Assembly (NCBI RefSeq): GCF_044704955.1
Contig: NW_027254412.1
Coordinates: 248,001-312,000 of the forward strand
Origin: Pristiophorus japonicus
Lineage: Eukaryota
Length of the DNA stretch: 64,000 bases
Direction of reading: 5' to 3'
Part shown: positions 35,570-49,699 of the stretch, piece by piece
How the letters are laid out: every line of letters starts with the position of its first letter
How positions within the stretch are numbered: the stretch's first letter is position 1
The notes under the pieces: generated by a model
Told to the model about the DNA's origin: nothing
Databases searched by the model: none
The model's input: only the letters and a program-made list of their open reading frames with translations
Translations under genes and position numbers: made by a program

Positions 35570-38500
35570 CCAAGTTCCCGGGGATCTGAGGCCACACATT
35601 CCAATTATGATACATTGGCGGGACGGGGGGGAACATACAAAGAGATGTTGCTGTACTAGACACAGGGGCAGAAGTTACTATTATCCATGGAAATCCTAGG
35701 AAACACACAGGGACCTGTATGATGATTAATGGTTTCGTGGGGCAGAAACGCCCGCTGTCCAAACAACTATCAGAATGGCGGTGGGAAATTGGTCTCTGCG
35801 CTGGGTAACGGTATTAATATCGGCAGTAAAGGAACATATTATTGGGATGGACCTTTTAAAGGGAACCACACACAACACCTCGTTCAGGCAATTTTCATTC
35901 GGGATACGGGCGAACACTGAGATTGCAGGGGAAGCAAAGTGGGAACCAGTGGTAATACCACGGCCATTGCGTATAGTGACAATGAAACAGTACCAAATAC
36001 CTGGGGGACACAAAGAAATAGAGGAAACCATACAAGGGCTCTTGGAGGCGGGAATCATTAGACATGTGGTGTCCCCCTGCAATAGCCCTGTTTGGCGTGT
36101 GCAGAAACCCAACAAAAGTTGGAGGATGACTGTGGATTACCGACAACTGAACAAATGTGCCCCTCCCCTGGCAACCGCTGTCCCAGATGTAGTAACTATA
36201 ACAGACCGGCTGTCTCAAGAAAGTGCGGAGTGGTATGCGGTAATCGACCTGGCCAATGCCTTTTTCTCCATTCCAATAGCGGAAGAATCCCAGGACCAGT
36301 TTGCATTCACTTGTGAAGGGAGGCAATACACGTTTAAAAGCCTACCTCAAGGTTACCTACATAGCCGTACCCTATGCCACGGATTGGTGGCCCGGGACCT
36401 GGTTGTGCACGTTGGCTCCTAATGTCTCACTGGCACACTACATCGATGATGTACTAATAAGAAATCCCACCGAGGCTGTGGTGTCAGAAGCCCTAGCTAC
36501 TTTAGTCCAACACATGTGAGATATGGGCTGGGAGATAAATCCGAAGAAGGTGCAGGGCCCTAGCCAGATTGTCCAGTTTCTGGGGATCCAATGGTCTCGG
36601 GGTGAGCGCATCATACCCGAGCCTGTGAAGAATAAAATTCAAGAAATGGCCACCTCCACGAATAAAGCTGAGGCACAATGGTTCGTGGGACTATTGGGTT
36701 ACTGGAGGAGACATATACCTCACCTCACGATGCTTTTAAAACCGTTGTATGCCGTAACACGAAAAAAGGCCCACTTCGAGTGGGGAAAGGAACAACAGGT
36801 GGCTTTTGATGCAGCCAAAGAAGCCGTAGCTCAAGCTTTACCCCTAGCCCCACGAGTGCCTGGACAGCCTTTTGAGTTACAGGTATCCGTTACCAATGAT
36901 ACTGCAGTATGATGTTTGTGGCAGGTTCAACATGGCACTCGTATACCGTTAGGGTTCTGGTCTAGAAAATTGACAGATGCTGCTGCTCGTTACACTCCAT
37001 TTGAGAAAAAATTATTAGCATGTTATTGGGCCATTACAAAAACAGAAGGACAGACAGGGGACGACAAAGTCAATTTAAGACCAGACCTACCCATTTTATC
37101 GTGGGTTCTCTCAGAAAATGGGACACACAAGATCGGGCGAGCGCAGCAAAGCTCCATAGTGCGCTGGAAATGGTATATCGCAGACAGAGCAAGTAAAGGG
37201 AAAGAAGTAATCACCCGACTACATGAGCATGTGGCTGGATACCCACAAACAGCTGAGAGTGAACTTACGCAGTCGTCTGTCAGTTTAAGCAAAGAGTCAC
37301 CGATCCCCTGGGGCGTGCCTTTTGAACAGTTAACACCCGAAGAACGTAGCCATGCCTGGTTCACAGGTGGCTCAGCGGTCTGGCGAAATGGCCTTCGGCG
37401 ATGGCGAGCCACTGCCTTCAATACAAAAACCCAGACAATTGTGCATGATGAGGGCGTGGGAGGCTCCAGCCAGCAAGCCGAACTAGCAGCTCTAGTCCTT
37501 GCGTTAGAAGAGAAACGGCAACACGTACACATATATACTGACTCAGGGGCAGTAGCCAATGGCATGGCGGGCTGAATGCGAAACTGGCATGAACATAACT
37601 GGCAAATAACGGGGAAAGACTTGTAGGGAAAGTACCTATGGGAACAAATATGGTCCAAAGCCCAGGAGATGAAAATAACTGTATATCATGTGGACACTCA
37701 CATGAAAAACACTTCAAAGACCTCTGAATATAATAACACCGTTGATAATATAGCCCGGGTACGGGCTATCAAACAGGCGGAAGAGGAAGAATATGGCACA
37801 GGCAAGTGGGCCCACTACAAATCTAGACATTTGGGCATTCAGGGTACGATACAGTGGGCACGAAATGGGGGGGTTACATTTGACTACGGACGGTGTTAAA
37901 CAGATCATAAACACCTATGAAATGTGTCAAAAGGTGAAGCATTTCCCCCTACAACGACAACCCGGTGCCATATTAAGAGAGGGACTCAACCAGCAGAAAC
38001 ATGGCAAGTTGATTATGTAGGACCTTTACCATTGCAACAACGGTTCCAATATTTGCTCACTGTTGTTGATACCTATTCTACATTTCTGATCGCTTAACCA
38101 GTGTCTAAAGCGAATCAACAAAGTATGATTAAAGGACTGGAGAATTTAATCACATACTACGGTGAGCCAGCAGAAGTACAATCCGATAATGGGTCGCACT
38201 TCACAGGTCAAACAGTGCAACAGTGGGCGGTAGACAACGAGATCTATTGGATGTTTCACATACCTTACTATCCGCAAGCTGCAGGGTTAATAGAACGCAT
38301 GAATGGATTACTTAAGCAACAGATTAAAATATTAACTACCACTAACACATTGCAAGGATGGTTAAAGGTCTTCCCACAAGCAGTGCGCAATCTGAATCAC
38401 CGACCATTGTGGGGGGAACTCCATAAGCCACATGCTAGGCAAAGTTAGTGTCCCTACTATTGAAAAAGGAAATCAGACTCAGGACACAGTTTGTGAAGGA

Positions 38501-38647
38501 GGAAAAGTGTGGGTGCAGTACCCCCAGAAACGCTTACAAGCAGGGGAAATCTTAGCGAAAGGAGAAGGAAACACTTATTGGGTGCTCCTGACCGGTCAAT
38601 ACATTCCTCTCTCTGTTGACAAGGGTAAATTGACTAAACGGGGCTGA
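35570..38647 (+). pseudogene. pol: ERV pro-pol (protease, RT, RNase H, integrase), disrupted; no dUTPase seen
   Basis: LDTGA protease; WRMTVDYRQLN, DLANAFF, LPQGY, HYIDD; WFTGGS, AELAA, IYTDS RNase H; WQVDYVGP, SDNGSHF, IERMNG integrase. Confidence 0.92.
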
Positions 38648-38689
38648 ATTAATATAATTATGCTTCCTCCCACAGGAATTCTGCCCAAA

Positions 38690-39211
38690 ATGGCGACCTA
38701 CCAACTCGTGCTGGCCAGCATCTGTGTCTCGTTATCTGTGACTGTGCTACTTCCATCCTCAAACCCAGCATCAGATGGCCATATAGGGTGACGGTTAGGC
38801 TAACACTGATCGTACGCAAGACAATTACTAACCTTCCTCCCATTGTAGACCTAACTCGTTAAGCTCAATTTCTAAAAGATAATCATAAAGGTTACTGACG
38901 AATTCAGCAAACGAGGGCGTACTCTTCATACTCTGCAAGTTGCTATGAGTTACAGTGAAGGCACCTTGGTCAGAGTTGCGACAACGATCACTGACCTTAC
39001 AGTACACCATTGGTGGGACATCTTTTAAGGATGGTCCCCAAAAACATCCGCCACTTTGAAGCTGTTAATACATCCTATTGTTGTTTTACTCGTCCCGTTA
39101 TTACTGATATTACTGCTTGTATGTATTCTTTGGTGTAGATTGCGGGCGTTGCTTGCGCATACACAACATGTAACTGATGCATTACGCCTTCAACTCGATT
39201 ATAATACTTAG
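38690..39211 (+). pseudogene. env: ERV env remnant (signal peptide plus membrane-proximal/TM region only)
   Basis: Acceptor-like CTTCCTCCCACAG at ~38675; MATYQLVLASICVSLSVTVLL; later HHWWDIF*GWSPKTSATLKLLIHPIVVLLVPLLLILLLVCILW. Confidence 0.65.
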
Positions 39212-39852
39212 AATGTCTAAATTTCAAGGGTGGATTGTATTGTATAGGGTTAATCACATAGGGTTAATTATGATATTCCGACACTTATAGTGTGTATTCT
39301 GCTTCATGCCTCGTGGAATGTTGTTGATGCAGAGAGAGAGAGAGAGAGACCTTGATGCACACACCATCTTATTTATGGGACGATAGGCGCCTCGATGCTT
39401 CATGCTTTGTGGAAGAACAGCTGGGGCCTTACAGATTAGGAGTTGGCCATAAGCCACATGCACCCATGTTTGTTCAATAGTATAAAGGAACGGAACTGTT
39501 CAGTAGCTCTTTGAATTTCACCTTGGACCGTGATTCGCGAGCGGTGCCGGGAGCCCCAAGGCTCCTGACCAGCTGTCGTTGCGGATTTCCCGACGGGCCG
39601 AAGGCTGTGAGCTTTGTTGCATCTTATCATACTTCTCTTTTCTTCGTAAACTGTATGATGTTTCCTTTCTCTCAGTAAATGGTGTTTTATCTTTACTTCA
39701 TTTGTCTTGTCTCTTATTTAACATTCATCCAGATCCCGAACCTGGATCTATTATTATCGATCCAAACACATGCTAGCACAAGTCGTTTACACAGGTTATA
39801 CAATACAAGCAGCTTGTTGGAGCATAAATGTTTCTGGCTTTCTCAAAAGCAA

Positions 39853-42280
39853 TTACTTGTTTTTTCCCCCCCATACCCAGTTCTCACTTTTACGCAATAA
39901 CACATGTAGGGGCTCTAAGAGGGTGCTTAACCCGGGTAGGAAGTTACCAAAATAGTTGAGGAGTCCCAGGAACGACCGCAGCTCCATGACGTTCTGTGGC
40001 CTGGGCGCGTTCCTGATAGCATCTGTCTTGGCGTCTGTGGGCCGAATGCCGTCCGCCGCGATCTTTGTCCCCAAAAACTCCACTTCTGTTGCCATGAAGA
40101 CGCATTTCGACCTCTTCAGCTGCAGCCCTACGCGATCCAGTCGCTGGAGGACCTCCTCCAGGTTTTGTAGGTGCTCGCTGGTGTCCCGACCCGTGAACAA
40201 TATGTCGTCCTGAAAAACCACCGTGCGTGGTACCGACTTGAGTAGGCTCTCCATGTTTCACTGGTGGATCGCTGCAGCCGATCGAATTCCAAAAGGACAT
40301 CTGTTGTAGATGAACAGTCCCTTGTGCGTGTTAATGCAGGTGAGGCACTTCGAAGACTCCTCCAGCTCCTGCGTCATGTATGCCAAAGTCAGGTCGAGCT
40401 TGGTGAACGTCTTGCCTCCTGTCTGCGTCACAAATAGGTCGTCTGCCTTAGGTAGTGAGTATTGGTCCTGTAGCGAGAAATAATTAATAGTTACTTTCTA
40501 ATCGCTGCAAATCCTGACCGTGCTATCACTTTTGAGTACTGGAAAAATCGGGCTGGCCCTCTCACTGAATTCCACTGGAGAGATGATGCCCTCGCGTTGC
40601 AGCCTGTCCAGCCCGATTTCCACTCTCTCCCTCATCATGTGAGGTACCGCTCGCGCCTTGTGGTGAATGGGCCGTGCCTCTCGGACCAAGTGGATAAACA
40701 CCTTCGCCCCGGAAAAGTTTCCAATGCCTGGCTCAAAAAGGGAAAGACATTTTTAAGAACCTGGGTACACGAGGCCTGATCGACATGTGATAGCGCTCGG
40801 ATGTCACCCAGTTCCAGCGGATTTTTCCCAGCCAGCTCCTTCCAAGCAGTGTGGGGCCATCGCCCAGGACAATCCAGAGTGGCAGTTCGTGCACCATGCC
40901 CTCGTTGGTGACCTTGACTATGGCACTGCCCAGGACAGTGATGAGCTCTCTGGTGTACGTTCTCAGTTTCGTGTGCATGGGGCTCAGGGTTGGTATGAGT
41001 GCCATATTGCACCACAGTCTCTCAAACATCTTTTTACTCATGATGGATTGGCTAGCACCAGTGTCCAGTTCCATGGCTATGGGTAAGCCATTGAATTTTA
41101 CATTTAACAATATAGGTGGACATTTTGTCGAAAATGTGTGCAGCCCGTGTACTTCAGCATCTGCCTCCTCTCTCTGAGGCTTGAAATTGCTTTGTTCCAC
41201 CATGGACCGATATTCCTCTGCCACGTGGTGGTCAGCAGGTTTAGCTGAACTTGCAGCTCGTCTGCAAGCTCGTTGGAGGTGCCCCATTGTTCCACAGCTG
41301 TTGCAAACATACCCTTTGAACCGGAATGAATAGGCAGAATGGAAGCCTCCACAATGCCAACAAGGTGTTAATTGCCTTGCGGACTCTGAGTCATCTTGGT
41401 CACCTGAGGCCTGCTGGCAGTTGCAGACTCATGGTTTCTGCCCTGTACATTTCTGCTCGCAAACCCAATTCCAGTTATGTATGAACATTGCTAGCACTTG
41501 TGTGCTGAGAGATTTGTTTGTTGTTATCATTGGTGGACATAAACGCCTGTGCTATTTCAATGGCATTACTAAGGGTCGGTGTCTCTACAGTAAAAAGTTT
41601 TCATAGGATGGTCTCGTGGCCAATGGCCAGTAAAAAAAATTCTCTGAGCATCTGCTCCAGGTAGCCATCAAACTCACATTGTCCTGCAAGTCGCCTTAGC
41701 TCGGCGATGTAGCTCGCCACTTTCTGACCTTCAGATGGCTGGCACGTGTAGAACCGATACCTTGTCATCAGCACAATCTACCTCGGGTTAAGATGCTCCA
41801 GAACCAGTGTACACAGCTCCTCATATGACTTGTCTGTGGTTTCACTGGAGCCAGAAGATCCTTCATGAGGCTGTAGGTCGGTGCCCCGCAGACCGTGAGG
41901 AGGACGTTTCTCCTTTTTGCAGTGCTTCCTTCTCCGTCCAGCTCGTTGGCTACAAAGTACTGGTCTAGCCGTTCGCCATAGGCTTCCCAGTCCCCACTCT
42001 CCGAGCTCTGCTCCAGGATGCCTACAGTTTGCTGCATCTTTGTGTTGGATTCGTATTCTCGTCGCCAGTTATTGTGTTCCAAACACAGATGGGACTGCAC
42101 ACAGGGAGGTGAAAGTAATAGTGACCTCAGTCTTTATTAAGACAATCCAGAGTGAGGAACAGACCGTAGGGGCCGGCTTATATACAGTGCTCCCAAGGCA
42201 TGTTGGGATCCATTGGGATTTCAGGGGATGTGCTCCCTGGTGGCGAAGCATGGGAGTTCATGCTTTATAGATACACAACA
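39853..42280 (-). mobile_element. Ty3/Gypsy (Mag-like) LTR retrotransposon, 3'-truncated and decayed
   Basis: ~211-bp LTR at 42070-42280 (TGTTGTGT...ACACAATA), PBS TGGCGACGAG, gag DWEAYGERLDQYFVANEL, protease ELDTGAS, RT FQDDIL; stops before RNase H and integrase. Confidence 0.9.
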
Positions 42281-43325
42281 ATCCCCCTCCCCCAATTCGG
42301 TCTTCCACACCTCCCACCCAACTCGGGTTCCCTCCCCTCCCACACACCACCCCCGGTTTCGGGCTCCCTCCACTCCCGACTCGGACTCCTCCACCCTCCC
42401 CTTCCCCCGATTCGGGTTACTCCACCCTCCCCTCCCCCCCGACTCTGGCTCCTCCCCTCCGCCCCAACTCGGACTCCTCTCGTTCCCCACAACTCAGGCT
42501 CCTCCCCTTCCCCTCCCCCCAAAAAACTCGGGCTCTCCCCTCCTCCCGAAATAACTCGGGCTCTCCCCCTCCCCTCAAACTCGGGCATTCCCCCTCCCTC
42601 TCCCTCTCCCCCAACTCGGTCTCGCCCCGTTTCCCTCTCCTCAACTCAAAATCTCAGCCTCCCCCTCTCCCTCAACTCTGGCTCGTCCCCTCCCTCTCTC
42701 CCCCAACTCGGGCTCTCCCCCTCCCACTCCCTCTCCCCCAACTCGGGCCCCCCTCCCCCTCTCCCCCAACTCAGAATCTCACACTCCCCCTCTGCCTCAA
42801 CTCGGGCTCTCCCCCTCCCTCTCTCCCCCAACTCGGGCTCTCCCCCTCCCTCTCTCCCCCAACTCAGGCTCTCCCCCTCCCTCTCTCCCCCGACCACGTC
42901 TCTCCCCCTCCCCCTCAATTCGGGCTCTCCCCCTCCCCCTCAATTCGGGGTCTCCTCCTTCCCCTCTCCCCAACTCGGGCTCTCCCCATCCCCCCGCCCC
43001 CAACTCGGGCTCTCCCCCTCTGCGGGCTCTCCCTCTCCACCCCTCTCCCCTCCCCCAGCTCGGTCTTTCTCCTTCCCTCTCTCCCCCATCTCGGGCTCCC
43101 CCAACTCGGGCTCCCCCAACTCGGGCTCTTCCTCTCCCACAACCCGGGCTCTCCCCCTCCCCCTCTCTCCCAACGACATCTCTCCCCCTTCCCCAATCCC
43201 GGCTCTCCACTTCCCCCTCTCTCCCAACCCCGTCTCCCCCCCTCCCCCAACCGCGGACTCTCCCCATCCCCCTCTCTCCCAACATGGGCTCTCCCCCTCC
43301 CCCAACTCGGGCTCTCCCCCTCCCC
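42281..43325 (+). repeat. C-rich polypyrimidine repeat (CCCAACTCGGGCTCTCCCCCTCC...)n
   Basis: About 1 kb of extreme strand asymmetry; the Pro/Gly-rich ORFs are artefacts. Confidence 0.85.
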
Positions 43326-43750
43326 CCTGAAGGTGCTGACTCTGGCTGGGTTCAGTTCTACACTCACTAGTTCCCTTCCCCTGAAGGTACTGACTCTGGC
43401 TGTGTTTAGTTTTACACTCACTGGTTCCCCTCCCCTGAAGTGCTGACACTGGTTGGGATCAGTTCTACACTCACTGGTTCCCTTCCCCTGAAGGTACTGA
43501 CTCTGGCTGGGTTCAGTTCTACACTCACTGTTTCCCCTCCCCTGAAGTGCTGACACTGGTTGGGTTCAGTTCTACACTCACTGGTTCCCCTCCCCTGAAG
43601 GTACTGACTCTGGCTGGGTTCAGTTCTACGCTCACTGGTTCCCCTCCCCTGAAGTGCTGTCTCTAGCTGGGTTCAGTTCTACACTCACTGGTTCCCCTCC
43701 CCTGAAGGTACTGATTCTGGCTGGGTTCAGTTCTACACTTCCTGGCTCCC
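43326..43750 (+). repeat. ~54-bp tandem repeat associated with ZNF introns
   Basis: CCCTGAAGGTACTGACTCTGGCTGGGTTCAGTTCTACACTCACTGGTT; same family at 48364-48640 and, inverted, at 56795-56885. Confidence 0.85.
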
Positions 43751-43974
43751 CACTGTTTGTGAAGTGCTCATGGCACTTTATTAAACACACACAGCAGAAG
43801 CACATTAATATGATGGGAGATAACTGTCTAATGAGCAGCCAGCAGCGTGGAGCCTCCTCAGAATACCATTCCTTTACAGCCAGTACTTACAGGAGCTGGG
43901 ACACGCGAAGTGTTCCATTAATTCACTGATACATTTGTTCACTAAAAATAGTAATTTCTACTTAAATTACAGAA

Positions 43975-44175
43975 AGTCCCAGACCATTCCTCATTTCTCC
44001 TCCATTTACAGACGTTCCCTGACCAATCCCCATTTCTCCTCCATTTACAGACGCTCCATGACCAATCCCCATTATTCCTCCATTTACAGACGCTCCCTGA
44101 CCAGTCCCCATTTCTCCATTTACAGACACTCCCTGACCACTCCCCATTTCTCCTACATTGACAGACATTTCCTGA
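43975..44175 (+). repeat. ~39-bp tandem repeat, about 5 copies
   Basis: CCCCATTTCTCCTCCATTTACAGACGCTCCCTGACCA units. Confidence 0.75.
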
Positions 44176-46439
44176 CTCGCTGGAGATTTCCCAGCACTTC
44201 CTGGTGGTCCTGGAGTCTGTGTCTGAAACTGGCAGGTCGTTGTGGAACGGCGGATAATGCAGAGTGTTGTCTCTCAAACTCCAGGAAGAAACGGGATTTT
44301 GTGTTATGGCATGAAACAGATGGAACCCTGTGGAGTGGATCAAACATTGCAGCATTTGGTAGTGAAATGGATTCATTCAGGACAGGCAGCAGGGTTTCAG
44401 GAAATCACACAGTGCAGTGAGAAAGGAAATAAATGTTGTGCAGATGGATTGTCAAAAGGTGTTTGATAAGATGCCGGACAGGAGGCTTGTTGATCAAATT
44501 AAGGCTTATAGTATTAAAGGGAGTGGGGCAGCGTAGAGAGGAATTTGGGTCAAGGGCAGAAAACAGAGAGTGGCGGTTAATGGAGGTTTTTCAGACTGGG
44601 GGGATGTAAACAATGGTGTCCCCAGGGTCAGTGTTGAGACCATTGCTCTGCTTAATATAGAGAAATGATCTGGGCTTGGGTATATGCGGCACATGATCAA
44701 AATCTCCAGGGAACGCCAAAAAGGGCCCATGGCCAACTGTGAAGAGAACTTTAAGTGCCTTCATTGTCAATACACAGGTTAGTAATTGGGCAGGTAGATG
44801 TGAAATGAAATTTAATGCAGAGAAATGTGCTGCGATAGATTTCGGGAGGAAGAAAAAGGGAGGAAATATATATTAAATGGTAAAACTTTCAATGGAGTAG
44901 AGGAGCAGAGAGATTTAGGGTTGTAAGATTCTAGCTAATTCCTTATTTTATTGAGGATCGAGAGACGAGTGTTATAACACGAGAACATAAGAAATAGGAG
45001 CAGAAGTACGTCATCTGGTTCCTCGAGCCTGCTCCGCCATTCAATAAGATCATGGCTAATCTGATCCGGGCCTCAACTCCACTTCCCTGCCCGATCCCCA
45101 TAACCCTTCACTCCCTTATCGCTCAAAACTCTGTATATCTCCACCTTAAATATATTCAATCATTATTATTAGAAACATTAATATTTTAAGAAATATAATT
45201 TGAGCAGATTCTCTGTGCTCTACCACATCAGAGTAAAGATGCAAGTCCCGCGTGTCCACGGTAACTGACACCAGGTCAGCCCACTGGATGGAACCTCGGG
45301 TGCCCAGAGCTTGATCTCCGGTGTCTCCAGTCCCCACTGCCCCCTTACATCAGTCTCCCCTCACTTTTATACCCTGCACTGATTCACCTCTGACACCGGA
45401 GTCTTCTTTGTCTTCTCTGCTGGGTTTGGGCATGAAGCGAGGAAAAGACAGCTGGAACTTCTTTAATCCGTGATTTACAAGGACACTTTTCCTGGTTCCC
45501 AGCAGTTACTTTTCTTCAGTAATATTCTCATTGTCCCTAAACTCCCCTGCCTGCTATTAGTTGTTATGTTTTATAATTTCACAATTATAGGTATCAGCAT
45601 CACGCATTATAATCTAATCTATTGTGTTACTCACTCTGGTTTAAGCTTACATTGTGGTTACTAACAGACAAACCCTGTTCTTTCCCCTGATCTGATTATA
45701 GATTGCAACAGTGGGTTCAGCGAATGGAATGTCTGATCAGTGTTGCCATGGTGACCTGTCTGCAGCGAATCGATTGTTTGCGTTTCTAACTCAGCCTAAA
45801 CTTATCTTTCCCATGATGCATATTTAAGTCGAAGTCAATGTATTTTAGCCATTTTATGTTGATAAAGTCGTTAAAGAAGCACATGGGGTCCTACGGTTCA
45901 TAAATAGCGGTGTGGAGTACAAAAGGGCAGAGGTCATGTAAACTTGCATAAATCATTGGTTAGGCTACAGTTCGAATATTGTGTCAGGTTTTGGGGAACT
46001 TACACCAGGAAGGATGTGGAGGCCATGGAGAGGGTGCAGAGAGATTCACTGAGATGATACGAGGGAAGAGAGGATTTAGTTATCAGGGGAGATTGGAGAA
46101 ACTGGGACTCTTTTCATTAGAACAAAGGGTCATTGGAGATCTGAGGGAGGTATTCAAAATTTGATCGGTAAATGAGGAAAAACTATTTCCACCAGTCGGT
46201 GAGTCAGTAATTCGAGGGCGTCAAATTCAAACCATCAACAAAAGGCTCAGACCCAGGGTGAGCTATCGAACACACTGTACAACAATGTCCGGGACACTCA
46301 CTGTCCCTCCGGACCTGTGTCCAGGGGAGGAACTGATGGGTTTTCCTTATCTTTGGGTTAAATGATGTTCTCATCGAGGTGATGGATGTCAGTGTTTGGG
46401 AATGGGTCATTCGGAGCACCTTGTGTCAGCCTAATGCAC

Positions 46440-46730
46440 TTCCAGGGCAGGTACAGCACGGGGTTAGATACAGAGTAAAGCTCCCTCTACACTGTCCCAA
46501 CAAACACTCCCAGGGCAGGTACAGCATGGGTTAGATACAGAGTAAAGCTTCCTCTACACGGTCCCATCAAAACTCCCAGGGCAGGTACAGTACTGGTTAG
46601 ATACAGTGCAAAGCTCCCTCTACACTGTCCCATCAAACACTCACAGGGCAGGTACAGCACGGGTTAGATGCAGAGTAAAGCTCCCTCTACACTGTCCCAT
46701 CAAACACGCCCAGGGCAGGTACCGCACAGG
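46440..46730 (-). repeat. ~67-bp satellite, inverted
   Basis: Reverse complement of the 3710 unit. Confidence 0.85.
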
Positions 46731-47219
46731 ATTGCTGCACTGTCAGTGTTGCCATCTTTCAGGTGAGTCGTTCAACTGAGGCCCCATCAGCTCTCAACAA
46801 ATATCACTCAAACAGATTATCTGGCCATTGCTGTTCATGGCAGCTTGCTGTGTGCAAAGCATCTGCTGCATTTCCTATACTACAACAGTGAATGCACTTC
46901 AAATGTACTTTGGTGTTGTTGCACTTCATTGGCTGTAAACATTTTGAGGTCATGTGAGGCGCTGCATAAGGACAGGTCTTTGTTAAATGAAGGAGAAAAG
47001 TTCCAAAAAAGGAACAATTAGTAACAGGACAACAATTAGACTCCTCTTATATTGGAGAAGTCACGCAATCTACACAGTGTGTGTTGGAACCAAAGCTGAT
47101 TTATTTGTCAGATATCCAGAACATTAAATCCAGCCCAGTTACAGGGGAAACACAGCCCGACTGTCAGAATTAACACGATTCAGGCCTGATGTGATTCACA
47201 GCAGAATCCAACCCTGCAG

Positions 47220-48170
<951 letters not shown>

Positions 48171-48363
48171 CTGAACAAGGAGTTTACAAAAGTCATCTCT
48201 GTAAGGACAGGATATAAATTCAGAACAGTCAATTTTGGTTTCTGTGGTACACATATTCCTCTCTAGTTTCCCCACAAATATAAATCCCTAACCCACACAC
48301 TATCCCTACTCCCCAGGCTGAAATCCAAACCCATTACATCATCACCAACATTTTTTCCTTCTT

Positions 48364-48640
48364 GCTGAAGGTGCTGACTCTGGCTGGATTCAGTTCTACA
48401 CTCACTGGTTCCCCTCCCTCTTCTCCGCTGAAGGTGCTGACACTGGCTGGGTTCAGTTCTACACTGACTGGTTCCCCTCCCTCTCCTCCCCTGAAGGTGC
48501 TGACTCTGGCTGGGTTCAGTTCTACACTCACTGGTTCCCCTCCCTCTCCTCCCCTGAAGGTGCTGACACTGGCTGGGTCAGTTCTGCACTCACTGGTTCC
48601 CCTCCCTCTCTTCCCCTGAAGGTGCTGGCTCTGGCTGGGT
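48364..48640 (+). repeat. 63-bp variant of the ZNF-associated tandem repeat
   Basis: 21-aa periodic ORF LKVLTLAGFSSTLTGSPPSPP. Confidence 0.85.
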
Positions 48641-48644
48641 TCTA

Positions 48645-49112
48645 ATTAGGCCACAGCTAGAGTACTGTGTGCAGTTCTGGTCACCACATTACAAGAAAGA
48701 TGTGATTGCACCACTCAGGGTACAAAGATTTACCAGGATGTTGCCTGGACTTGAGAATTTTAGCTATGAGGACAGATTGGATAGGCTGGGGTTGTTTTTT
48801 TAGGAAAAGAGGACGTGTGGAGAGACCTCATTGAGGTGTATAAAATTATGAGGGGCCTAGATAGAGGGGATAGGAAGGACCTATTTCCCTTAGCAGAGGG
48901 TCAATACCTGGGGGTGCATAGATTTAAAGTAATTGGTGAAAGGTTTAGATGGGATTTGAGAAGTTTTTTCACCGAGAGGATGGTGGGAATCTGGAACTCG
49001 CTGCCAGAAAGAGTGGTAGAGGCAGAAACCCTCATAACATTTAAAAGTATTCTGATATGCACTTGAGGGGACTAGATAGAGTGGATAGGAAGGACCTATT
49101 TGCCTTAGCAGA
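48645..49112 (+). mobile_element. CR1 LINE ORF2 C-terminal fragment
   Basis: RDLIEVYKIMRGLDR...FFTERMVGIWNSLP. Confidence 0.8.
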
Positions 49113-49119
49113 GGTGTTA

Positions 49120-49545
49120 GCTGTGGCTCAGTTTGTCAGAAGGTTGTGGGTTCAAGTCCCACTCCAGAGACTTGAGCACAAAAAATCTAGGCTGACACGC
49201 CAGTGCCACTGCACTGTCGGAGGAGCCATCTTTCGGATGAGGCTTTAAACCGAAGCCTGGTCAACTCTCTCTCTGGTGGACGTAAAAGATCTCATGGCAC
49301 TATTTCGAAGAAGAACAGGGAAGCTATCCACGGCGTCGTGGCCAATATTTATCCTTTAACCAAAATAACAACAACAATTTATCTGGTCATTATCACATTG
49401 CTCTCTGTGGGAGCTTGCTGGGTGCAAATTAGCTGCCGTGTTTCCCACATTACAACAGTGACTACACTCCAAAAGTACTTCATTCTCTGTGAAGAGCTTT
49501 GAGACGTCCGGTGTTCATGAAAGGCGCTATATAAATGTAAGGCTT
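49120..49545 (+). mobile_element. Deu-domain tRNA-derived SINE
   Basis: A-box-like TGGCTCAGTTTG and B-box GGTTCAAGTCC; body shared with the 2430 copy. Confidence 0.75.
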
Positions 49546-49699
49546 TCTTTTTTGTGCCGTAACCTACAGAGCTACAGACCAAGAGCTGTACAGTGGGATT
49601 AGGCTGCAGAGCTCTGTGCCGGCCAGCAGGGACACAATGGGCTAAATGACCTCCTTCTGTGCTGTCAATGTCTGGGATTCGATGATGTCACAGGTCTCA

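Larger units (their letters stand above)
33386..39770 (+). mobile_element. Endogenous retrovirus, class III (ERV-S/ERV-L-like), defective provirus
   Basis: Two ~535-bp LTRs (33386-33920, 39236-39770), PBS, gag-pro-pol-env order, YIDD RT motif, PPT AAGGGTGGAT before the 3' LTR. Confidence 0.92.

Noticed and set aside
42200-43556. Pro-rich and Gly-rich ORFs (376 aa and others)
   Set aside because: Low-complexity C-rich tract lacking stops by composition
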